NCBI GenBank assembly: GCA_050084985.1 | Contig: JBITNC010000002.1 | Location: forward strand, 30,070,001-30,134,000 | Source of the DNA: Nageia nagi | Lineage: Eukaryota > Plantae > Pinophyta | Length of the DNA stretch: 64,000 bases | Reading direction: 5' to 3' | Shown: one piece after another, positions 12,101 through 24,100 of the stretch | Layout: each line of letters begins with the position of its first letter | Numbering within the stretch: the stretch's first letter is position 1 | Notes under the pieces: model-generated | Told to the model about the DNA's origin: nothing | The model's input: only the letters and a program-made list of their open reading frames with translations | The model's database searches: none | Program-made: the position numbers and the translations under genes

Positions 12101-15100
12101 TTCACAATATGACTAGAGTGATGAATTATATGGAACAGAAGATGACCAAACATTGGGGAGATCTTGATGAGCCAGAGAGGCGTCGTACACCCCCACGGTA
12201 GGCCAGGGAAGATCGGGAAGCACCGTGCCATGTTCGGGAAGAGAGGGAGCACCCACGTCTCGTTAGGGATGACCAAGAGACCCCACAAATGGCCAGGGAG
12301 GATAGGGAGCACCCACGTTGGGCCAGGGATGAGGAGGAGCAACGTTGAGCTATGGGGATGTTGTATATCCCATGTTGGAGTTGAAGGAGCTGGAGCCACC
12401 CATGTTGAGCCTAGATGTTGCTATGTGCCACACATTGGAACTGGAGGAGTTGGAGCACTTCGCATGGAGCATTGGAAGGTTTGGACATCCCACATTTGGC
12501 CTTGGGATGATGGAGCACCTCATGTGGAGCATTGGAAAGCTTGTGTCCCCCACGTTGAGCTTGGGTGGAGTTTGACATGACGATTGGAGCTTGGAAAAGC
12601 TTTACCACTTCATTTTGCATCTGGGAGGAGGATGTTGGATGGTGATGAGCCAAGGAGTGGTTTGGTGTCTCATGTTGGGAAGTAGGAAGGATTCGTGCAC
12701 ATTGATTTCAGCTCGAGGAGTTGGGGATCCCATGTGGAGGAGGATGAGAGATTGGATTGTCATAAGGAGCTTGAGCTCCACCTATTTACACTCACTCTTG
12801 TTTTCTTGTTTGCAAGAACCCCATTCCAAATACAACATTGCTTTGCCTATTAGTGAAGAGTTTTAGATTTGGACTTCTACATCAAAGGATTCTGGGAAGA
12901 CAATATATTACAATCTTCCACCATTGCTTGAGGGCAAGCAATCTTAGGAGGGAGGTTTTGTGACGTCCTTTTTGTATGATATAAAATATTTGTAATGGCC
13001 AAAAGGCCTATCATTAATGATATTCTATTTGGAGTGTGTTATGTTGTTACTTGGGATAGGAGTTTAGTTGGTCATTGGACCCACTGTGAGCCCCTAGTGG
13101 GACATCTCCCTCCCAAGTGTAGATTAGGATAAATTAAGTGTACTTGGAGATCCCGAACTTGATTTTGGGAATCCCAAGATCTTGTATTCCTTAAACGACT
13201 AGGAATGAGGATTGCATGCTTGCGCCAACCTTGAGGAGTCCCCTAGACCCCACGTTGGTCCATCCTTGACACCTAGGCTTCCATGCATGACACCTAGACC
13301 CGCATGGGCATGCGTGGCACCCCTAGACCCTGTGCTAGCATTTATGGCACCTAGGAATCCCATGTTGGCATGCCTGACACCTAGGAACCCACATTGGGCA
13401 TCTCGGGCCCTCTAGAGGCTAACGTTGGGGTCTTAGAGCCTAGTGATGATTTCGAGGTGAGATCTAGGACCTGGTGAAGAGTATAAAGAGACCTGGAGGC
13501 TCATTTGCTGGATAGACTTGATTATTATTACCTTTACACTTCTACTTCGTCCAATGGACGCAACCTTAGTGGAGCGCTAAGTGTGTTCCTAGGTGGAGCA
13601 CCTAAGAGGGTTGTCAGGCTAAGGGATCTTGGCAATCTACGACATATGTGGAGCACCTTCACCCATCCGATGGTATTATGAGGTGGAGTCTTTACGACTC
13701 GCATGGTTATCTAGATCTGAGGAGGGCCCCTTTGGTGGGGAGGAGTCAGATTGTGAGGAGGTGCTGCTATCCCATTGTCGAGCAACACAAGAAGGGTTTG
13801 TCCGGCCCAATTCAGCTCCCAGGAGGCTGATGTCAGCCATTTGGGCTTGGTTTTGTATTATTTCACATTGTTCATCATAATATAAGCTGTGGACACTTTG
13901 GATCTCAGCTATTGCATTGTACTTGTTCATATTTTGGCATCATTTGGTCTCATTGTGCATGTGTGTGTCGAACGTTGGCATTATTAGCTTGTAATAGTTG
14001 TGTATTGATGTATTTGGCTCATTGTTGGCATTGTGTGGTACATTAGTGCTTGTGAAAAGCCCAACGTTGGCATACTAAGGTTTGTAATGCATATTGTGGA
14101 TGCCCTAGTTTGATAAATTGTAATTAATTTCACTGATATTTGCTTGAGATTTGTTTGGATCATTACAAAATTGTTGCCTATCCATAATTTGCATAGCAAG
14201 TGGATGTATTCTGAGGATTTCTTCATTCTATGACATCAAATTAGATATTCTCATTCGAAATGAAGTTTGTGCGCACGTGTTGTGTTGTGTCTTTCTTTTG
14301 ATTACATTGGTCCTACTTGCAGAGCACTAACAGTCAGCTTTGCTCCCCGCTCCTCTTGAGAATAGATTGGACTTAGGTTATTCTATTTTTAGGTTGGAAG
14401 ACTTCAAATGAGATTTCTTGAATGATCCAGAAGTAAGAAACCTTAGACACTGCTTCACTGTGACCATTTCTTTGTCATCTCACTAGTATCAAAACATTCT
14501 TGTCCCCTTTTCTTTTCTTTATTTTATACTTTCTTTAAAACTTATAGCAACTTTCAAACTATTGCAAGATAAGACACCTCAGTCCCCATAAAAAACGTGC
14601 GTTAACAGTTACCACCTCTACTACACCACTTAGTTGATTCCCAAACAAGACCTACACAATTTAAAACTGATATTAACGACACGAGCTTTCCAATAGAAAC
14701 CTTGGGGTATCGGTCCTTACAAGAGAAGTTTAGTAACGCGTTCTCAACTACATGCTAGGTCGCTTTTCCATCTTGATTGTCTAGCCAATCGCCGAGTAAG
14801 AGGAAAGGTTTTCTTCCCAACACCACCCAAATCGGTTTGCAAGCTTCCAAATGTTCTGGCTCTGGGGTATTTTTTTGACTAAGTATAAGATTTTGTAAAG
14901 GGCCCAGACACGTTTTTTTAGGTACATGCTTTTGCAGCCCTCCAAAATGGTGCGACCAAGTTGCAAGGGTTTGAAGTGTGATGAAATTTGACTAAGTACT
15001 TTTTGATGCATTGAGTTGGTTGGCGCATGTATTTCAGGACATGCTTTTGCACATACCCAAAAATATGTGCCACCTCCCTAGCTTCGTCATTTGACCTCAA

Positions 15101-18100
15101 CATTGACCAATAAGGTGGTGACAAGTGGCATGTTTGAAAGTTATATATATGAGGTCACCCCTTGTACTATTTACCACTTCATTTCATTTTGCATCAAGTT
15201 CCCCAATTGCACCATTTTCGGAACGTGCTTAAGGACTCACTTAAATCGATTGGCCTAGGAGAAATAAGGGTTTGAGAAGGTGTTTGAACTGCCAAAAGCC
15301 ATTTTTCTAAGGGGGTGAGTTGGATCTCAGTGTCCGTTGTTGAAATTCACTTTGCATTTTTCTAAGGTTCGCCCTAAATTTGACCTATGCGCATGTTTTT
15401 TCATTAGTGCTTAAAGGATTCATCCAAATCTGTGAGCTAGGTCCGGATCCGGAGAATTGGCTAACTATTCATGATTATTAGGTGCATTTCATTCTCCTTT
15501 CATTTGTGCATGAAATTTTGAGGCGCATGCTTTGTAGGACATGAAAAAACACGTGCCCAAATTCATGCGCCCTAGAATGAAGTGATCTAACCTTCATTAT
15601 GGAATATTGCTGCCCTAAATTTGACTTCCCAAATTCGTTCGCCCTGGAGTGAAGTGGTGATCTGACCTTTATTATGTAATATTGCTGACCTAAATTTGAC
15701 TAAGTAATGTGTTCCTACATCAGGTGCCCATTCGCATGTTTTTCAAGTAGTAAAAGAGCATGTACCCAAATCCATGCGCCTTAGAGATTGTGAGCTGAAA
15801 TTGGCTAAGTATTGAGGAAGCTAGGAGTCAAAGGGCTAAAAAGATAGGTGGCATACATGCACTGTGCCATGCATAAACCCTCCATGCGACCTCTATAAGA
15901 AGGCTGTCCTAGTTCATTCTTGCAGGACGTTTTTGCAGCTTGGACCTGTACGTTTGGCCATTTTTCTACATTTTCCGGAACACATTCAATTTGGTGCTTG
16001 ACCCTTTTAGGGGCATTTCTAGCTAGAATTCCGACTTTTTACTGTAGTTTTTTGTACATTTTTCAGATGACTTCTAGAATAAGTCCTCCCCCACATAAGA
16101 CCAAAAAGATTCAGATACAACTCTTTGAGAGGCATGTCACAGATGACCAGATGGAGAGGATCATGAGGGAAAGTCAGATAGAGTTCCAAGAAAGAGAAAA
16201 ACCGGAGCTCCCTGAAGCCAAATTTAAAGGGAGATTCATTTTTGGTGGGGATATAGATTGGGGAAACGTTGACCCCATCATGACTATAACCGCCATTGTT
16301 TCCATCAACAAGGAGGACTTGTTGGATGAAGTCATCCATTCTTGTGGGCTATTTAATGTCACCATGATTCTTTTTGCCTTTTCAATTTCTAGTTTATGTT
16401 ATGAAGTTTCCAAATGCTTTAAGTATGGCAAGAGAGTTCTCTTGGACACCAAAGGGAATGTGATCATGTATTGCTCTCCGGAAGGGATCGAAGCCACCTT
16501 TGGCTGCAGAAGATATGGAGATGATTATACACTAGCCCATTTAGAAGAATTCCGTGAGTCCACTGCTCGGCCTGGGGATTATATTAGAAGATGGTTATGT
16601 GAAGTATACAAGAGCATCCAGGGCTAGTGAGTAATTAGTACTCGTAGGGAGGAGTTCCTTCCCATGGTTGCTAATTTGATCACTTTGTTGTCTAGAGTCA
16701 CAGGTCAGGAAAATGACTCCAAGTACAAAAAAGAGTTCACTTGATTTATTTCCATGATCAGCTCAAGGAGAGCTATCCGATGGAGCAGGGTAATCAGTGA
16801 TGCCTTGCGCCACCAGCTAGCCTACTTTGGCTTTTCTAGAAGATTCTACGTGAACTCTTACTTGGTGTATCTGTTGTTACACAACAAGTTAAGGTCGAGG
16901 GAGCATGTAGATGAAAGACATCTAGAAAAGAAGGGCACCCCGGTGTGGCAGGTTTACCCAAAGTGGTGGTATCATAACAAATTCAGGCATTTCTATGAGA
17001 GAAATGACCAGTGGGAGTATGCCATTTATAAGGAGATCAAGGGAGAGTCAGTAGTCAAGAGGGTCTTTGATGCTTCCGTCCAGGCCATAAGTGTACACGT
17101 AGATTTCTACTTGCAGTATACTGATCATACATACATCAAGGTCTATGGCTTGGAAGAACAACGCCTACTCCTACCTAGATACGCCAGTGACAGAATGATC
17201 CTCATGGAGTTTGCCAGATAGTTGTTGTTTTTCAAGGAACGAGTGTGGAGAAAGGACGCAACCATTAACTTGCCCATTTCCATTGCAAGTTATGTTTGCC
17301 AAACTTGGGTTGAGGCTAATAGCATGAAGAAGGGGCTACAATAGTATGTCTTCTTCAAGGAGGCAACAACTAGAAACTATGATCCTAGGGGTGTTATCAA
17401 CCGTTTCTACAACACCGCATTCGTAAAACCTATTGTCTACAAGCATAACTCTTTAGGGAATGCAAAGAAGTTCAAAAATGTGCGAGATGAGGAGGAGATA
17501 GCAAATATTGATACTCTTTGGAGAAGAAACAAAGCCCCTCTTCAGGTAGAAAAGGCACCTCAGAGACCCAAAACTGTGAGAGAAACCCAAAGAGGTCCTG
17601 TTAAGGATCAAAACATCCCCTCCTTCTAGAAGCAATGCACCTCCACAAGTCAAGGCATCCTTGCTTCCCATTGGAAAAAGACAAGTGATGTCGAGAGAGT
17701 GTATCTCAACATAGCCTAGTAAATGTAGTGTTGTGACCTACGAAACAAAGAAAAGCCAATAGGTGGTGGCTAATCTAAGAGATGCTGGTTACCATGATGT
17801 CCCTTTGCGCATGCTGGAGGAAGCTTGTGGTAATGATTCCCCTATTGAACAAACTCCATCGAGACCCACTTGTTCTCCTGGATGTAGAGAGAAAGTTCCC
17901 CCATTGCAGCCAATTTCCAGTTCTTCCAAAAACTCTACTTCTTCCTTTGATGAATAAAGTGGCGAAGAACCCGACTATGCTAAAGAAGGCTCGAAAGAAG
18001 AGACAGAGAGCCAAGGAGATGATGGAGAAGGCCGTGGCGAAGTGGAAGAAGAAGATGATGATGATGTAGATGATACTGCTAGTGAAGAGTACCCCAATCA

Positions 18101-21100
18101 AGAGAATGTAGCTATAGGTGCTTTTGCACCTGATGACACAGAGATTGAAACTCTCTCGGATAATGATGATGACCTGTTCATAGACGTTGAGAGTTATGAT
18201 GAAGAGGTCCATATTGTTGGAATGAAATATGCCAAGGAAGTAGGTTCTTCCAAACCTTCTCCTGTTGTACATAAGAAGACGTCACCCTCGTCTTCCCAAA
18301 AGCCCTATGTAAAGAGGACTAGCCATGAGAGATCCCCTCAATCGCGCAAGAAAGTTCTATCATTAGGTGGTGATGGTGAAGACGAAGAAGATGGAGAGAC
18401 TGAGGAGCTGAAGAAGAAGAGAATGCAGGATGAGCACCAAGGTGAGGAGGTTGCCCTTGTTCAAGCCACTCCAATGAAGGAAGTCAAGAAGATCAGAAAA
18501 GACAGAGTGCTTATGTAGAGGCTCCCTCCCAAGCCAGCTACTGAACATCCAAATCTTGACTTAGATGCCTGCCTAAGAGCCTTAAGCATGAGCCCGACTC
18601 ATGATGAAGAGATCGACCAAGACCTAAGGTTTGAGGATGAAGAAAAGGAGCTCTCTGATTGTGAGAAAGTCAGAAGGGTAGATACCTTTGTTTCTACTTC
18701 AAGAAAGGAGATCTCCATCAGCCACTATTACTCAACATCTACAGATACCTGAGGACTACATGATAGAGACGTTCAAGATGCTTGTTAAGTCTGATAGCTA
18801 GGAAGCATATAGTTACTTAGAATGTTGCTGTCATGGAACAAGAAGGCTATGTAGCTAAGAAGGAGGTGAGAAGACTCAAGAAGGACTCAAGGCTAGAAGG
18901 AAGATCATAAAAGAGTTCCAAACTGTTAGCACCACCCTTGTAGAGTTAAAGAAACAAGCCTCGTTCCATGCAGGATGGGAATTAATGAAGGACCTGTTGA
19001 AGAAAGAGATGATAGAGACCATTGAGAAGCTATCTTCTCAAGTCTCTAGCTTCCTTGAGGAAGGTGTTGAGATTTGGGAGTTGAAGTCCCAAATAAGAGC
19101 CCTCCTTGAGAAGCTGGATGGTGATCTCCCTACTGTCATCCATTTGTAGCAGATCTTTGCGGACAAACTTGAGAAGTTAGTATACTGTCATGAAAGTCAG
19201 GATCCCTTTGAGAAAGGGGGTAGAAGAGCAGATGAGTAAGTATGTATATTAACTGAAGTTTCAAGGGGAAGATAACAACGTGTGTAGAAAGGAAGCGGTC
19301 TTGGAAGAGGCTGAAAATCTAATCCAGGAACATCTTGAGGTCGAGGATCTCAACTTATTGAAGGCAAGGCAATCCATTCGTCATGAAAGATAGATGGTCA
19401 TCTAGAAATTTCAGATGCAGGCTACATCCAAGCAGATTGGAGACTACTTTAGGCAGAATGGCAGCATCGTTGGTATGATTTCCAAGGGAGTACAAAAGAC
19501 CGTGTTGTTCTTGGAAGAGACCATTGCGTCGTACGATCTCACCAACGAGGAATGGAACTCCATCGGTGCCGGATCAGATCTGGCCTAGATTTGATCCACT
19601 TGCAGATTTTGTTTGCGATTATCTTTTCTTTGTTTAATGCATATTGATGGTGGTTGTTGTATTCAGATTTTATTTACTTGATTTGACTGGTTTAGGGATG
19701 AGGTTTTGCTTCTGCCAGATCAAATGTCAGATTCATTTATGAATCTAACCGGTGCAGGGATGAGGTTTTGCTTCTGCCGGTTCATATGTCAAACTTTTAT
19801 TGCATATTTGATTTTCTTTTTACATAGATTAGAGGTAGATTAGACATTCCGCGGTTGTAGCATTTATATTTTGTCAGTTTTTTAAATGTCACTTGCATAG
19901 TTTTTTGTAAAAGATCAGATTTTGCATTGGTATGTGTGTTGCTTGTGAGCACACCATATCAGATTTGATGCCTTTAGGGCAACACTTCTAGTGGCCTATT
20001 TATACCCCACTTGGGCCACTTAGAAGGAGATTTTTGCATATGTCCATTTTTGCATAATACTGATTGCATGTATAAGGATTCTTGCGTACTTTTGATTGCA
20101 TAAGGATTTGCTGCATAAGGGACCCTATGCATATCATTGTTTCAGATCGTCATATCTTTGCTTCATGTTGAATATCATATTAAGAGCTTTGCAATCAAGG
20201 AAGGAATGCTTTTGTTTATACGGTTGAATATCATTGTGAGTTCATTTCCTTCTGGAATGGTTCTGTAAAGTAAATGCTGTGAAGGTTACCATTTGTGGGA
20301 TCATGCATCTTATCTTGTATGATTCTTTTGTTGGTTTGGATAGTTTTTATTGCTTAAGTGCATTCCCTTTGAAAACTTTGAGTTTTAAGAGATCATTGAA
20401 TATCTTTTGAAGTAGTTTAAATTGTTCATTGTATGATTTGCATATAAGTGGATGTTTTTTGTGGCGTATAGCTTATCTCTATGACGTTCAATTCGATTTA
20501 TGTATTCACATATGGTCTTCCTCTTTTCATCCTTTTCAATTGAGGCTCCCACCATAGACCCTACAGCTTCATGCTCTCGTCTGGTAGTAACTTGAGCCTT
20601 TTGCTATTTGATTCTTAGCTTGATTAGTGAATATATTTTCTTAAAGAATCTGGAGATGACCTGCCGAGACATTGCATCACTGGTGATGTCTTCATAAGTT
20701 CATTATTCACATTCCTATGCATTTATCCTTGCATTTGTGATCTTTCTTCGCTTTTGTTCACACTTGCAGTCTTTCCTCTTTGTGGAAACGGATTTTGACG
20801 GTGAATTTCCCTTGTATACGGTTACAACATGCATATCTATCCAATGTACCCTACTCCATATTCCATGTGAGCGGTTGGGGTAACCAGTCCTTTCAGGTGG
20901 AAACAAGTAACGCTGTTTCCTCAAGTCTTGTGCATGTTTTGGGTGAGGAAAGAAAAACATACCAACATAATACGATATCAAAGTTGATGGGAATGACATG
21001 CCTTCTTTCTAGTATATGTGAATCTATGGTTTTGAAACTGAAATGGAAATGATTCGGGTACAATAAAACTTGGATATTATTTTCCCATATATCCATTTTT

Positions 21101-24100
21101 ACCTAGAAATGTGGGGAGATCAATATGGTATAATATTTCATGGAGGTGTATCCAATGGGCTAACATTTAATGGTTTAAAACATATCAAACAGTACCACAA
21201 AGATCTTATAAATGCAATGATAATTTAAATATGAAATAATACTGAAAAATCGATAAATAAAATAAAAATGGTCATCAAAATCATCAATAAGGTTTAATAT
21301 TTCATGGAGGTATATACACAAGGCTAACGTTTAATGATTTTAAAAATATCAAACAGTGCCACAAAGATCTTTCAAATGCAATGGTAAAATAAATGCAAAA
21401 CAATATTGAAAATTTGATAAGTAAGATAAGAAAGATCATCAAAATCACCTCAACTACCTTTTGATTCTTCTCAACTTTCTGTGTCCTTTTCAATTTATTC
21501 TCTATTCAGTGTCTTCCTGCAACTGTTGGGAAATAACTCTTCCTGTGTTGTGGTATGCGGTTGTGCTATATTGTGGTGTTCTCAAGCCTCCGATAGATTG
21601 GTTTGTCAAATCCAGAAGCTTAGAAATTGTAAAGCGTATTAGATTTCCAACTTCAAACCTACGAGTAATTTCTTGGGTGCACTGTAAAGGCCTCCTGAAG
21701 TTTGGAGGAACAAGCATATTAGTCAAACTTCACGTCCCTACTAACCATGGTCTTCCGTTGTGCAAGAGCATAGGTCCAATAGCCCTTTGAGTTTTCACAA
21801 TAGCCAGAAAAAATTCCTTTGATGCTGGAGGGCTTAAACTTAGTCTGTTTCTCAACAGGCATGTGAATTTAAATAAGACTGTCAAAAACACGAAAATGAA
21901 GTACTTGAGGCTTCTTACTAGGAAAGGCCTCCTTCAATAGTTTGGTCTTTTAAAATTTTGTGAGGGCATCTACTCAAGATTGATGACTGTATAACACACT
22001 TCTGGCTAAAGAAACATAGGAAGGTGCATGTCATGAATCATGGCCTTAGCTCGGTGATGGATCTATTCTTCCTTGTTGCAACTCCATTTTGCTGCATGTT
22101 GTATGGTATTATGGACTCCCTCTTAATATCAGCTTCCCAGCAACAAGAATTGAACTCAAGGGACGTATAGTCTCCTCCATTGTCTGATCAAGGAATATTA
22201 TCACTCTTTCCAATCTGATTCTTGAGTAATGCTCTAAACTCTTGGAATTTACTAAAAACTTGATCTTTGGTTTTCATGGAATAAAACCAAGCTTTGTGTG
22301 AGAAATCATGAATGAAGGAAACATAGTAAAGACTACCTGTCAAACAGGGAGAGGACATGGGTCCACAAACATAAGAATGTATCAACTATAGAGTCTTTTT
22401 TGAATTTTACCCATTTATAGGAAAGGTAATCTTGGAGTATTTACCAAGTGGACAATCCTTTGCATACACCGTTCTGCTCAACTTTGATGTTTGGGAGTCT
22501 TTCCACCATATTCTTGAGAAGAGGAAGAGCTCCATGGTGCAAGTGATCAAACTGTTTGCGTCAAAGCTTCTTGTCACTGTCATTCACCAAAGTAGTCAAG
22601 TTTGAAGATCCATCTACGTGGTCACACTCTCTCAGACTTGAGAGATTAGACACATCAAGAATCCTTGAATCAAACAACCAACAAATGAATAAGCTTAAGA
22701 AAACCAATCATAGCTCCGACAACTTTATGAGGCAAATATTTGTTCCAATCATTGGAACACAACTGGTAGCATACCTGTTGAAATCCTCCACTGAAACACA
22801 ACTCCCTCTCTCAGTTTTGCTGATTTTTCCAGTCATTGTAAAGAAGATATTAGAAAAAATAGCTCTGATACCTTGTTGAAGTTTCAGAAAATAAATTGAG
22901 AAATATAAATCATACCAGTCTAAATCAACAAATGTTGCAAGTAGACGCTAACAAACATGCTCAGTAACAGCTGTAAAAATCAAAGTTTTGGAGTAGAAAC
23001 CAACATCGTTTAGATGAGAAAATTTTCATAAAAAGTAGAAAAACTAATGAGAATTAATAGCAAGAAAAACTTTGTATTATTTAGCAAAAAACTTGAACTT
23101 AAAAACTGGTATGTTTGAGACATCCTTGGCTGAATTTTTGAGCAAATAAAATCTCTTACAATCTCATCTAAAACTTGGATTACAATAAAACAAGCATGCT
23201 TTTCTTAAGAAAAACAAAAAAAAAAAAACTCTTTATCTTTAGACAACAGAAAACTCATCTAACCGTGAGTAATAAATCCATGTGACTAACCTAACTGTGG
23301 GTAGTGTTGTGCCCGCACAACACATCTCAAGATGTAGCATTTTGGGGACCCAATTTTTGCAACGGCAATGAGCAACATTGCTTGGGCATGATCAACTTAT
23401 GGCCAGTATGGAGACCCAGAACGGCCAGATGATCAAAGCAGTAGACGAGCATGCCTTGGAGTCATGAAGAGAGTTCAGCTCAGCCAGTGACCAAGTCAGG
23501 GCCTGGTTTCAAGTGACACCTCACAGGATGGAGTTGTGGATCACGACAACAACCAAACAGTGGAGTTTTGAACGAATGGCTATCAGGGCGAAAAAGGCGT
23601 CGTTTTGGCAAGTTTGAGCAACAAAGGTGCCAAGGTGACAAAAGATGCGTTTTTGGTCAAGTTTGAGCCTGGGAGTAGTGGATATAGTTAAGATGACAAA
23701 AATGCGCGTTTTTGTACAAATTGAGCCCAGAAAAGGTATCCACAACCAAATAGCACGTTTTTGTCAATTTTGAGCCCGAAAGTGGTTAGTATAGTAAAAA
23801 TGTGTGTTTTTGCATAGTTTGAGCCTGAAAAGCTCGAAAATGACCAAAATTGCAAAATTGAGCTCAAAGTGCTTGGAAATGGTCGTTTTGCACATCTTGA
23901 ATCCAGAAAGGCCGAAAATTTAGACTTTGAGTTCGAAATGCCAGAAATGATCATTTTTTCACCGTTCAAGCTCGAAAATGTCTGGATAGGTCGGAAATGG
24001 TCAAAATGCATACTTAGAGCCCGAAAACGTCGGAAATGCATCGGTTGGGCTCGTAAAAGACTGGAAAGATTGGGAATATGCAATATAGCCCGAAATGGAT

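Larger units (their letters stand above)
8459..20967 (+). mobile_element. Giant solo-LTR-like element A (~7.0 kb after removing the nested insertion), carrying one degenerate gene
   Basis: Starts TGTTATGCGTGCACAACA, ends GGAAAGAAAAACATACCAACA; TSD TAATA (8454-8458 / 20968-20972); no gag/pol and no terminal direct repeat seen. Confidence 0.8.

Noticed and set aside
11899-12866. Cluster of overlapping ORFs as real genes
   Set aside because: Products of GAGCAC/CCCACGTTGG tandem repeats in a non-autonomous LTR element
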